The notes under the pieces are model-generated. The model saw only the letters and a program-made list of their open reading frames with translations. It was not told the DNA's origin and searched no databases. Positions 25,569 through 38,900 of a DNA stretch of 64,000 nucleotides are shown one piece after another. The translations under genes and the position numbers were made by a program. The stretch comes from Octopus bimaculoides (taxonomy: Eukaryota), in the NCBI RefSeq assembly GCF_001194135.2, contig NC_068992.1, positions 7,779,790 through 7,843,789 on the forward strand. Reading direction: 5' to 3'. The number at the start of each line of letters is the position of its first letter. The first letter of the stretch is position 1.

Positions 25569-25933
25569 TATTGTGTTGGCATGAAAGTAGTTTCGGCTTT
25601 TTAGTGTGAAATAAGTCGTTTTTTTTTTCATACAAAGAATGATCTTTAATCAATTATATATTTTCCATTTTTGTTCGATGACCTTCTGCCATCTTTCTGG
25701 CAACTTCATGATTCCGCGCTCATAGAATTTCTGGTCCTCATCAACCAAAAACTGAAGTAAGTACGATTTTAGGTCATCATCATTATTGAAAGTTTTGTCA
25801 TTCAAAAAATTTTGCAAACTTCGAAATAAATGGTAATCTGATGATGCAAGATCAGTACTATATGGTGGATGTATCATCACTTCCCAACCAAACTCCAATA
25901 ATTTTTCACGAGTTAACAAAGATGTTCGTGGTC
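25569..25933 (-). mobile_element. Mariner transposase C-terminal remnant with 3' TIR
   Basis: REKLLEFGWEVMIHPPYSTDLASSDYHLFRSLQNFL…FYERGIMKLPERWQKVIEQ; TA-flanked TIR-like TTGTGTTGGCATGAAAGT at about 25571. Confidence 0.92.
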
Positions 25934-26097
25934 TACTACTGCTATTTAGCCATAAGCAAAAACTCAGAAACATGTCCCTGAATGCAGGCTGGGCTGGGTG
26001 GAGGAGTTTGTCTCCCCCTCGCAAAGATAAGGACACAGGAAATGTGTCAAGGCCAACAGAAAGCGGTCCAGCTTCCTAGGGCTAAATAGCAGTAGTA
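25934..26097. mobile_element. MITE with perfect 18-bp inverted ends, abutting the mariner remnant
   Basis: TACTACTGCTATTTAGCC (25934-25951) and GGCTAAATAGCAGTAGTA (26080-26097); the outer TA is a likely TSD. Confidence 0.8.
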
Positions 26098-26196
26098 TAT
26101 TCCCTTATTGGGACAGTCACGTTAAGTTGACAACATACAACTACTTTCTCGCATCACTACTGCTTAAGTCTCTCTGAGAGATTTAGAAATGTATTA

Positions 26197-26233
<37 letters not shown>

Positions 26234-26405
26234 NNNNNNNNNNNNNNNNNNNNNNNNNNNNNNNNNNNNNNNNNNNNNNNNNNNNNNNNNNNNNNNNNNN
26301 NNNNNNNNNNNNNNNNNNNNNNNNNNNNNNNNNNNNNNNNNNNNNNNNNNNNNNNNNNNNNNNNNNNNNNNNNNNNNNNNNNNNNNNNNNNNNNNNNNNN
26401 NNNNN

Positions 26406-26453
<48 letters not shown>

Positions 26454-27324
26454 GAGAGACAGACACACACAAACACAAAGACAGACAGACAGATAGATAG
26501 ATTGAATAGTAACACACAAATTGTGTCTAAATCAGCGACAACAGTCTCGATAGAATTTCATTCAATGTAATCGTAAAAGATTAAATAGTATTATGCGATT
26601 CCACCATCATCAGGCATAATTTAAACGTTCAATCAAGGACATACCTTGTCAATCAGGGACATAGTTCAACTAGTGTTAAATGAAGAGAGATAGAGATAGA
26701 TAGATAGATAGATAGATAGCTGCATAGACAGAGAGAGGGGAGAAAGGGAGAGAGAGAGAGAGAGAGAGAGAGACAAGTAGAAAAGCACACATGCACACAC
26801 ACACACACACACACAAACACACACAAAGGTATAAACATACACGAAAGTGAGAGACAAAGAACTAGATTAATCCGTCACTATGCTAACCTGATACTACATT
26901 GAAAGTAAGAATGATAGGACACAAAGTGAAATATGCAAAACAATTCAGACAAAATATGCACAAAATTACAGAGGAGACGTAGAAAATTGCCGTTTATTAT
27001 AGCAGAATCTAAGCCCTGTATAAACTTACAGCTGAAAGGTCATCTCCATGTCGTTAAATTGTTTAATTATCTCATTATTCTATCCACTATGGCAAGTCCT
27101 TGGTATCAGTATACACGAAATGGTTCCAGCTTTAAAATGCGTGTATTAACCATGTGCCTTACTTATCTTCCTGAAAACTCAAACCTTCACAAGGAAATAT
27201 TGATCCTGTAGAAAGGGTGCTGCTGCTACTATACACAGAAGCCTTTTTATCGCATTCAAAAGGAAGCTTGTTAAAAATTATATATTAGCGACGGAGGTAG
27301 TACTGATATCGAATGGTAATATTT

Positions 27325-27713
27325 GTTGTTGTTGGCACTCCGTCGCTTGCGACGTCGAGGGTTCCAGTTGATCCGATCAACGGAACAGCCTGCTCGTGAA
27401 ATTAACGTGCAAGTGGCTGAGCACTCCACAGACACGTGTACCCTTAACGTAGTTCTCGGGGATATTCAGCATGACACAGAGTGTGACAAGGCTGGCCCTT
27501 TGAATTACAGGCACAACAGAAACAGGAAGTAAGAGTGAGAGAAAGTTGTGGTGAAAGAGTACAGTAGGGTTCGCCATCATCCCCTGCCGGAGCCTCGTGG
27601 AGCTTTTGGTGCTTTCGCTCAATAAACACTCACAACGCCCGGTCTGGGAATCGAAACCGCGATCCTATAACCGCGAGTCCACTGCCCTAACCACTGGGCC
27701 ATTGCGCCTCCAC
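27325..27713 (-). mobile_element. tRNA-derived SINE family C, full length with TSD
   Basis: Head GTGGAGGCGCAATGGCCCAGTGGTTAGGG and (CAA)n tail; TSD TGGTAATATTT at 27314-27324 and 27714-27724. An older copy lies near 49600-49900. Confidence 0.9.
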
Positions 27714-28619
27714 TGGTAATATTTATGCCCACTTAAACGTGAATGTTCTGTTAGAACAAACTATACTGTGGTAGATATCTCGAGAGAAACTCTTATATTG
27801 GCTTTTGGTACAAAATGCTCTCTTGTTCATATCGCTAGCGAAGATATAAACCTTCGCTGTCTCCAGCGCCGAGACCACCAGATCACGGGATTTCGACCTT
27901 TCTTAATGTCGTCAATGATGGACGCTCGACCGCAGTGGCACTGTAATATTTAATAACATTTACATTAGAATTAGTCTGTCTTGCTCAAAACACACGCTGT
28001 ACGAAGATTGCTGATTCCTTCGAACTGTTCTCCCTAGACCTCACGATCTCAGATGCTTCAAATTTCTAATGAATTTTTGCAGCAGCTGTAGTGCCACATC
28101 ATTAATGTGAATTATGGCTGGTAATGTTTACTAAAGATCTCAAAAAAGATCAAACACTACAAGTTTAATCAAGCTGCTAATATCGATTAAAATGTTTGCG
28201 TTTGAAATTCAAGCCAAAAGCTGATATTAACAGGACTAAAGTAGTTGTTTGTGAATAAATCTTGGAGAAATTATTGAACTTTATCAATCTATATGATTCC
28301 GCCAATTAAAATTATAAGATAATGCATCAGTTCTGTGTATCATCAATGTTTTTTAAATAGCAAATCGCATTTCATCTTGTAGTTGGCATGTCGAGTAATT
28401 TATTCATGCAATATGCAATTAAAATATAAAATTACTGTAAATATTTAAAACTATTGACGGTTTCATAAGTGAGTTTGCCCGAAAATAGCAGTTCTTGAAC
28501 CACGATAAGTTATACACATATACATGCACACATTTACACATTTGTGACTCCCTGACCGAAAATCATAGTTCTCGAGTTATACGTACGTACGTACATACAT
28601 ACATACATACATACATATA

Positions 28620-28754
28620 AGACTTGATGAAGATAGTAACATTGACATGAAACGAAGCCTCCGTTGGATTCGTGATCGCTACATCACATCACACTTCGAG
28701 GGCTATGCATTTGCAGTCCAAGAACAGGAGATTTTTACTAAATACCTAATCAAT
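28620..28754 (+). mobile_element. R4/Dong-clade LINE ORF fragment
   Basis: SLRWIRDRYITSHFEGYAFAVQEQEIFTKYLIN resembles the W…ETEGF..AIQDQ.I.T.NY block of R4/Dong elements. Confidence 0.65.
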
Positions 28755-28960
28755 GTATTGCTTATATATATATATATATATATATNNNNNNNNNNNNNNN
28801 NNNNNNNNNNNNNNNNNNNNNNNNNNNNNNNNNNNNNNNNNNNNNNNNNNNNNNNNNNNNNNNNNNNNNNNNNNNNNNNNNNNNNNNNNNNNNNNNNNNN
28901 NNNNNNNNNNNNNNNNNNNNNNNNNNNNNNNNNNNNNNNNNNNNNNNNNNNNNNNNNNNC

Positions 28961-29035
28961 TATAGCCTCGGGCCGACCAAAGCCTTGTGGGTGGATTTGG
29001 TAGACGGAAACTGAAAGAAGCCTGTCGTATATATG

Positions 29036-29068
<33 letters not shown>

Positions 29069-29272
29069 TTGTGTGTCTGTGTTTGTCCCCCTAGCATTGC
29101 TTGACAACCGATGCTGGTGTGTTTATGTCCCCCGTAATCTAGCGGTTCGGCAAAAGAGACCGATAGAATAAATACTAGGCTTACAAAGAATAAGTCCCAG
29201 GGTTGATTTGCTCGACTAAAGGCGGTGCTCCAGCATGGCCGCAGTCAAATGACTGAAACAAGTAAAAGAGTA
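28961..29272 (+). mobile_element. SINE family B (5' end in gap)
   Basis: High identity to the reverse complement of 13254-13638. Confidence 0.88.
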
Positions 29273-31694
29273 ACAGGAATTACAAAGATTTACATATTAG
29301 ATTAAACATGTAAACGATTTCCTATTCAAAAATGTACAGACAGAGATTCGAATAATCATTCTTATTAGCAAATGAAACGTATGTAATGGTGAATAAATAA
29401 TATGAAAAGATTTTGTGTTTTTGTTATATGTATATATGCCTTTATCACTCTTCACATATGCAGTACAATAATAGCTTAAATGTGGATCGAAAGCAATCAT
29501 ATTGATATCAAATCACAAGTTTTACTTCATAAGAAGTTACTACTCGCTAATATTATGAACAAAATGAACCGCAAATAAGCTTGCAAGCATGAAAAACCCA
29601 GGAATTAAGGAGTAATCGCTTTGTTTCGAGATGTTTTTATTATAGTAAACCTCAAAGTTATTTGAGTGAAACTGCTTTGTAAACATTAAAAACTGAATAA
29701 AACCAGCTTGTTATCTCGATATCATGTTGTTTCTACTAATTATTTTAATTTTGACTCCGTATAAATGTCTCTTAAGTACGGGCTGTCACAATGATAGAAA
29801 TTCCTGGCAAAACAACATTATCGTTGGAGATGAACCATAAGAAGAAACAAATGTTCTTTTAAGCTGCTTGAGTGACTTTAGCTGCTCTCAGTTCTAGTTT
29901 CGTTCATAACAGGTTGCTCCCCACCACTCTCTTTCTCTCTAACCTTTCTTTCCTTCTTTCGTCCTTACATTCACATATGTTTTTCTTGTACTCGCCAAAA
30001 CGATTTATTTTTTTTACCAGTTGTTTTACAAGTCAAGCCCGGCCCGACCAAACAGCTCTGGCGATTTCGTCGTTTTCCAAAGTATCTAGGTGGGCTAACA
30101 GTATTGTTCTTTCAAGATAGTATGATGTTATTTGAGGGAAGGAAATTCAGCAGCTATTTTTAGCAAGCCGAGTAGCCATGTTGAGACTCCCTTATTGGCT
30201 TTATTTGTTAGTTTTCCTTGTTGTTGTAATTGCTAGCAATTATGGCTGTTGTTATTGTTATCAGTTTTCCTAATTTTGTTGCTTAGCTTTCAGTTATTCC
30301 CTATATTATTTCAACGATAATACCGCACAACTTCATCCTTTCCATCATCATCCTCATTCGCTTTATCTTCTATTGTCCATTTCTTTCCTTATCTTCTTCC
30401 TCATCCTCCCCCATCTTCTCATCATCGTATCCGCCTCCTCCTTTTCTTTCTTCCGTTCCTTGTCATCATTTTCATGATCATCATCTACCCTCCCCCATTT
30501 CACTCTTCCCCGTTCTCCCCCTCCTCATCTACAACATCAACGCCGACAACCCTACCAACGAGTAAACAGAAGTATGCGATAGTTAGTTCCCCTGGCAATG
30601 TTAGCCTGCCCTCGATGACATGTTCACGGAACGCTAGACGTCATCATGGCTATTATCTTGCTTCCTCAATGATTAATGTATTCAGACATTTTCGTTTTTT
30701 CCCCAAGGGAAAACATCTTGCTCGAGTCTTACTGCTTTGCTACATCAACGTTTTCTGTTTGATTAATACCGGGTTTTTATTTTCGTTTCATATATTAATC
30801 AGAGATAACATGGAGCATAAACGCGCTCGTACACACACATACGCACAAACACATATGCGCGTATATATATAGATAGATAGAGAGGGTGGGGGTGGGGGGT
30901 AATTATGCGGATAATCAAATTAGATATATTAAATATAACAGTTTGAGTATGAAATACAAAATATGCATATATGTATGCATGCAAAACGAGAGAAAGTGAA
31001 AAATGGAGACTTTCAGAAGAATACATGAATAAAAATATATAGATATCTATATTAATAGATCCGACTTACACAGAGCACAAGAAACAGAGTAGAGATGTCC
31101 ACCTTACATCACTCCTTGTCTCTAAACCTCAAAACTAGTGGTTTCTCATTGCCCCATTTACTAACTCAAGAATTCCAGCCTACAAAATATGTGTGCTCTT
31201 CATTATGAAACTGAAGAATTAATACAACATCAAGCTTTTTTATTCTTAAACATTGTCTTTCAATTCTAAAATTTTTTTTTCTTTCCAGAAGTGACCCCAT
31301 TTTTAAATTCAGTGATCTTTTAATTGATTCCAACCTTTTTATGGAACAAAAACTAAAGAAAATTTGTAATGTTGATTTATCAAATAATTTGAGCACAAAC
31401 CACTTTATCATTGAATAATGGGGATTTGGGGGTTTGTAGCTGTAGAGACTATTCTTTTCCTTGCTACTGGGCATCTTTCTAGAATTGTTTGCCTTTGGAG
31501 AACTAAATTCTTTCAAACATTAACAAGAATTCAAGTACCTTCAGGGAGATGTGGATACCCTTCACAGAGTGAACAAAGAACATTGCATTAAAGGTGAGAC
31601 TCTGCTTTGTCAATGAATAGTAATTAACAGACTCGTAATAGTAATTAACAGACTCAAGTACTAAACAACACACTCACACACATATTGAAGAAAA

Positions 31695-31925
31695 GGCGGT
31701 GAGCTGGCAGAAACGTTAGCACGCCGGGCGAAATGCTTAGCGGTATTTCATCTGCCGCTACGTTCTGAGTTCAAATTCCGCCAAGGTCGACTTTGCCTTT
31801 CATCCTTTCGGGGTCGATTAAATAAGTACCAGTTACGCACTGGGGTCGATATAATCGACTTAATCCGTTTGTCTGTCCTTGTTTGTCCCCTCTGTGTGTA
31901 GCCCCTTGTGGGTAGTAAGGAAATA
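31695..31925 (+). mobile_element. SINE family A, full length with TSD
   Basis: Matches 2961-3189; TSD ACACATATTGAAGAAAA at 31678-31694 and 31926-31942. Confidence 0.92.
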
Positions 31926-32767
31926 ACACATATTGAAGAAAACAAGAGTGATGCACTTTATAAATTCAAACAGCAATTAAGTTATTTGCAGTAAAAATAC
32001 AAATTTACTGAANNNNNNNNNNAAAAAAAAAAAAAAAAAAAAGATATCATTAGTAAACAGAAAATCATAAAAAAGTAAGCCAAATAGCTGAGATAGTATA
32101 AAATGTTCTGTATGGGGAATGAACTGTAATTTTTCTTTAAATTATGTTGCTTGGTAGGAAAGAGATTCCTTTTTGTACAATCCCAGATCAGGAAAGTTTC
32201 CGTATACAAGAGTTTTTAATGGCAGACCAATATTGGTCATGCACGCAAGCTTCCCCTTTCCATGCCACCAGTGTTATACAAGTCTGTTACTCTAAAAATT
32301 CCACCAAACTAATTATGAACTTGAAAGGGTGAAAAGTGAAGTTGATATCAACAGGATTTTAACTCAGAACATAGAGGGCCAGAACAAATACTGCAAGACA
32401 CTCTATTCAATGATGTAATGTTTCTGCTAATTAACCACTTTATTATAGCTGCAGTTTGTATCTATACATAGTTACAGGTGGAGGAAGTAATTGATGATAA
32501 TGTTATCATAATGAGAGTTGCAAAATTGTTACTGGGTTGCAGAATTGTTACTGTGTTAGTTGCATAAGTGAGATGACCTGGCTTCTTGCAAATGAGCCAC
32601 TGGATTCTTCTTCTTCAGTATTCATCAACTTGTTTATTATTTTGTTTGAATTCATTATAAAAAAATAATGTCAAATTAGTATTACTCCTTGTATACTTGT
32701 TTTATTCTTAGAGTATTTCTTCCTGAAATCGGGAATAAGGAAAGTGGGATAGAGTTAGCAGCAACTG

Positions 32768-32969
32768 CTAGATGTGGAATAGATGTGTTTTGCTTCCATT
32801 CAACTTACCTGATTTACTAGCAGATGTTGGTCTTGGTACAGAATCAGAATATTTTGGAGTTGGTGGAGATCTGTTTTGTGTATTTCGGGAAAGAGAATTA
32901 CTGGAACCTTCTACCGGTGTTCTCAAAATTCTTGGACGGGACATAAAAGCTTTGGAGTAATTACCACCT
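32768..32969 (-). CDS. ARMC9: ARMC9 exon 23, terminal ([18 protein letters not shown]...[22 protein letters not shown])
   Basis: acacag|A; AF.S.PR...TP motif; TAG at 32770-32768. An internal donor at 32808 suggests an alternative end (see findings). Confidence 0.8.
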
Positions 32970-35900
32970 CTGTGTAACAAAAGAATAACAGCATATTGTT
33001 TTGTGTTGTTGTTTTTTGCTAGTTGACATTGGCAGGAAATCGAATTTGGAAAAGATTACAATTAAATACCACAAATCACTTATCAATTAATCAATTACAC
33101 TGAGTAACACAATTTTTGTCCTTGGGTATCAACTTTTATTTCCTATTTGCTTACCCCTAGAAAGTATGGAAAACGGCTAATATTTCCTTCAGACTTTGCT
33201 TTTGTGACATTTATTCAAATCTCAAAGAATCCCTCTCAACACGTGGCTATGAAGCTCCCCCACTACTCCTGCCCATCATCAGAGATGCACATACTCTCAG
33301 CAATTGAAGGACATGCCCAAGTGGTTAAGGTCAAGCAACTGAAAAGCAAATCTGTAGTATTGAGCAGGATATTATTTTGTTTATTTTGCTGTAATGATAT
33401 TTCTGCTTCAGCAACTCTATGCTGAATCTGTCTGGAAAATGTAATGGAAAATGGATCAGTTTCAAAACATTGATGTCCAGGTTACGAAAGCAAAGTTTGA
33501 AGGGAATAGCAGTTATTTAATTTTGATTTCTAGATAGAAGCAAACAAGAAATAACACTTACTAATCAAAGACAAAGAAAGAAAATTAAAAATTTTGTTAC
33601 ACAGTGTTACCAAAATTCTTATAGGAAAAGCAGTATAGTGGAGAAGTATAATGTAAAACACTTACTCAGCAATTGATTCAGCATCTTGGGTTTTACTTTT
33701 CTTTGATGTCGTTGATTTAGAACTCCCTGTTGGACTTGGAGTATTGTTTTCTCCTAAACAAAATAATAAACAAATAATATAAACAAATTCTTTCTTATAA
33801 ACCAAAATTTTCCTGAATTCTCTTTCATAGAACTATAGAAATTTTTTACCAGAAAAGTATTAATCACATACTCTCAAAAAAATTAGTCGTTAAAACTATT
33901 TCCTAAACATTATTACCCAACAATTATTCCCTAAGCAATATTCTTTAACCATTATTTCTCGAGGCCATTTCCTAAATATTGGTTTCAAATTTTGGCGCAA
34001 GGCCATTAATTTTGGGGAAGCGGGAATGTTGATTACATCACTCGCCATGTCCAACTGATACTTACTTCATTGATCCTGAAAGGATGAAAGGCAAAGTCGA
34101 CCTTGATGGAATTTGAACTCAGAGTGTAAAGACAAAAGAAATGTTGCTAAGCATTTTACCCCACATGTTAACAATTCTGCCAGTCCCATTTCCTAATTAT
34201 AATTCAATCAAATTATTCACTAGACATTTTTTTTTTAATGGTTTAGTCAGGTTAGGAGCTGCAGTTTCCATGGACTTGCAAAGCCTCAGAGCGGTAAAAG
34301 AAACAAATCAAGATGGTTGTCAAGAGAGCTGGAACAAAATCTTGCAACAGACTGGGCTTTTCTAACAAATTACAATATTTACTTACTGGAAATTGCAGTA
34401 CTGGCAGTAGGTGGTGGTTGACTCCCGCTGCGAGTTGGTGGTCGCTCCAAGGTCTCGTTAATCGGTTCAATTACAGTATAATTTGGAACTCTGTCATTAC
34501 TAGAAATCACAGCATAAAATAATTTACAAGAAAAATTAAATAACACACATATAGTAGACTTTATGAATTAACTGAGTCTACAAACATATTTCTAGCCTTG
34601 CTTTAATGAGGTCAACAACAGAATGGTTTTATATCAAATCAAAATAAATTAGATACAAGAGAATGTTACTTGTTTTGTACTAAAGATGAGCCTCATCGTC
34701 ATCATTGCTTTACATCTACTTTTCATGTTGGCATGAGTTTGATGAGTTGATACTGTTCTTCAAGATAGATCAGAGAATTACATCTTGCCTTAAGTTTCAG
34801 TTTGGGCTTGATTTCTATGGCTGGATGCTCTACCTAACACCAAACACTTTAATGAATGCTTTCTTTGTTGAACCAGTACTAGAGTGGTGGTCAACAAAAC
34901 CAAATGGTTCGTTTAACTCCATACTTAACAGGGTCTACTACGCAAACTTTATCATAGTAACAGCACCAGAAGGAGTGGGGAAAGAGAGGATGGTAAGAGG
35001 TGGATAAAGGGTGAGGAGGGTAAAGATTGATGTCCATATCAAATGGCGGTACTGGCAACGGCCACGTTCGAAATGGTGTATTTTACGTGCCACCTGTACA
35101 GGAGCCACTCCAGTGGCACTGGCAACGATCTCACTTGAATGTCTTTACACGTGCCACCGGCATGTGTAGCATTTTGTCACTTTTGCAGACGAGTGCTTTC
35201 AGCTCTTCCAATACTTACTTTGTTTTAGTTGGTGATATATCAGTATTCTTCATTTGGCTTGGTGTCACTGGACGTTGCAGAGGTTGCTGTCGGCCCATGA
35301 TGTGATCTTGGGGCTGCTAGAAACACAAACAATATAATGTCATACTGAATAGACTTACAACAACAACAAACAATATTGGATAGGATTACAACAAACAAAC
35401 AAACAAACAAACACTACCTTGTTTATTTTTAGCTACAACTAACAACTACCACCAACTCCTATTATGGGTCAAATCATGTACTGTATAAATGAGTGAGCTT
35501 CTACATGGTCACTTGACCTGCTAAAAATAGCAGCTGACTAATACTTATTTCATCATTCCTTGACAGATGAAAGGCAAGGTCAACTTTATGAGGATTTGAA
35601 CTCTTAATATAAAGAGATGTGACAAGGTATTCTAAACTTTCTCCAACCAATTCTGATATTTATTGCTCTTTGTTGCTCTCAAGGTGGTACAAGGCCTCAG
35701 ATCACACATTAAAATTTTATAAAAGAAAGACTGGGGCATTAGATAGTCTTTCATAGTTGTCTTAAATATGCTATTTTTGAGTTCAAATTCTGTCAAGGTC
35801 AATTTGTCTTTCATCCTTTCAGAGTCAATAAATAAGTGCCAGTTGAACACTAGGGTCAGTGTAACTGACTTACCCCCACCCCACTGAAATTGCTGGCCTT

Positions 35901-38900
35901 GTACCAAAATTTGAAACCAATATTGAAATGGCTCTCATTCTTGAAGACTTACCTTTTTCCTCAAAAGATATTCGGTTGAAAGCAGTTCTTCTCCTGCAAG
36001 TCGTTCAGAATTTCCTGGTTTCACTTCATCATCTTTATCAAGATCTGGTTCCATCTCGAGATCTTCCTAAAAACAAAAATGAAGAAGAAAGTGTCAGCTG
36101 CTGTAATTTTATTTTAATCTTGTTAAATGGAAACTATGTAGATGCCCCTCATATATTTATATACATGTATGTGTGTGTGTGTGTGTTTTATTATCTCCTT
36201 GCGTTGACATAGCTGTAAACAAGTGTCACCATCATACAAGCAGTGGCCATCATTTTCAATTTCTCATATAAACATTCCTGGCCACGGGAAAATATTATAC
36301 TGCTTAGAAACTGGTGAGAATTAGTAACAAGAAGGCGACTGGCTACAGAAAATTCTGTACAACTTAAGTACAGAATGGCTTTGCAAAATAATAAGTACTG
36401 GGGTCAATTTATTCAACTAAAATTCTTCAGGCAGTTGCCCCAGTATGGTCACAGTCTAATGACTGAAACAAAAGATAAAAAAAAACTATAAAATAACAAC
36501 CTCATCCTCTTCATCATCTTCCTCTTCATCCTCAGAGTCTCTGTCATTAAATGTTTGATCTAAAAAACAGAAAAAAAATGATTTAAGATTTTCAGATACC
36601 ATGGCTAACCAAAGAACTGAACTGTTTTCAAATTGTATATGTGTTACATTTAAACCACCAAGAGAAGTCATTGGTAGAATTGGTATCTCAGGCGGTGAGC
36701 TGGCAGAAAACGTGAGAGGTTAGATGTAGCTGGCTTGAATATTAAATAAGTAGAGTATTTGGGTTGGCTATGGCCAGTTTAAATGCTAAAGGTTTAAAGG
36801 ACTCAAAATTCCAAGACTCAAATACATCATGATTTGGAAAGATGTTTGAATGTCTACACTACATGTTTGCATTATTTACTATGTCAACTTGTATGCTGGA
36901 AAATATGGTCTCTGTAAGTACAACAACTGCACCAACAACAAAGATAATAAAAATGTCTCTCACCTGAATTTAACTGTTTGATAATATATTCCAACTCCCT
37001 TGCTGAATGTCCTTCTTTGATGAAACCTTCAACAATTTCTTCAATTCCCTAAACAAACAGGAATAATATTAACATATTAATCTTTTCAATTATAGGCACA
37101 AGGCCTGAAATTTTGAGTGAAGTGAGGCTAGCCAATTACTTCTACCCCAGTGCTCAACTGGTACTTGTTTCATTGATTTCCAAAAGAATGAAAGGGAAAG
37201 TCAACCTCAGTGGCATTTGAACTCAGAACATAAAACCAGAAGAAATACCAGTCAGCATTTTGTCCAGCATGCTAACGCTAACTTGCCACATTAATAGTAA
37301 CAGAGTAATGCAAACTAACATGTAACACAAGACAATGATAGTTGTAGGAACTGTGCAGTTGTAGTAGTATAGCTATGGAATGGTCTGCCCTAGACAGTGC
37401 TTTTATGGGAGCAGCATTTTTGGGTCTGCTAGATAAGCCTGTATATGGAGCAGGAGAGCAAGGAAGGGTGGAAAACTCAAGGCCTGCCCCAGATGGAGCA
37501 CACTAACTATGTCACTATCATTGCTGAAAGTAGTCAAACCTCCCACAAATTACACACTACTGTTTGAAAAATAAGTATAATATAGTCATAGGTAGAATAT
37601 GCTTGAAAACATAACAAGATGGTCATGGGTGGAACCTTTTCCCCATAAGGGAATCAGAGCTGAACAAAAAAAACAACAAAAGTAGTATTACCTTGAACTC
37701 GATATTAGTATACAGCAAACAACATTGAGAAAAGCATAGCACAAACACGTTTGTGTTTGTTACCCACCATCATTTGGCACATAACATAGCAGGTAGCCAA
37801 AAAGAGACTGATAGAATAAGTACCTGGCTGAAAAATAAGTATTGGGGTCAATTTGTTCAACTAAACCATTCAAGGTGGCGCCCCACCATGACCATAGTTA
37901 AATGACCGAAACAAATAAAAGATAACTCATTTCAAACCTTTCATGCACACAAGATGTTTTTGAGTCAGAAAATTCTTACCATATCTTTGGCAGCTTCACG
38001 TACAGAGGGAATGGCTAAAATGCTGTACAGAACACCATTCACATAAGGAAGAATCTAGAAACAAAATGAAAAATTATTATTCAATGGAGATATTTAATAA
38101 AACATGTTTAATAGACATGTTATTCAATAAAAGGTTGATTCAATTCAACATTACTAATGCTCCATGAGTGCAGAATATGTCTATCTAGGAACTCTGAGAC
38201 TAAGGAAAGGACTTCCTTGGCATAACTTAGATCCTGATCAACCTTGACAAGACACCCACCTTCTCACTCCTTACTCACCTGGATTTATAATAGCCAACAT
38301 TGCTTCCATGAGAAACAGCATTCGCTCCAGCAGCAGTCTGAAGTTTTCATCAATAGGAACACTAACCAACCATGTTATTGACAGTTGAGATACACCATGT
38401 TAAAAAACTTTAAGCCATTGGCTACTGATAAACTGGAAATACCACACTAATGCCCTAGACCAGTTACCTCTCCATGTGGGAACTGGTGTCAAACAACACT
38501 GACTAAATACTGACACCAACATCCCGTTTGCTCTACCACATAGGGCATGTAATGAAATGGAAGCCTAAATATTCTCACTTAGAAGCCATTTTAAAATCTC
38601 TTTTATATTCTCTTTTGTGACAAATATAGCACATAATCTGACCAGCAATCACAATACCAGTAGCAAGCTTAAATGTTAAAGGGTTAAAAATAGAGACAGA
38701 ACCTGGAATAAAAAAACTTTGCAAATTTTCTACTGTAAAAGATTTTCAAGAAGTAATAAGAAAGTAGTTACCTCTTGATAGTCATTCCCAAGTCCGAGAA
38801 GGTCAGTGAGGACTTTCAGTGCAGTCGTAGGGTTGTTAGCACAGCGTTTCTTACCTTAAATTAGAAATAAGCCACAAATGAATCAACCCTCTTGACACCA

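Noticed and set aside
38279-38337. Exon-like segment in ARMC9 intron 15 (cttcag|…CCAG|gtgagt, 59 nt)
   Set aside because: It is frame-shifting, has a weak purine-rich acceptor, shows no homology and is not needed for the model. It could only be a poison exon, for which I have no evidence.
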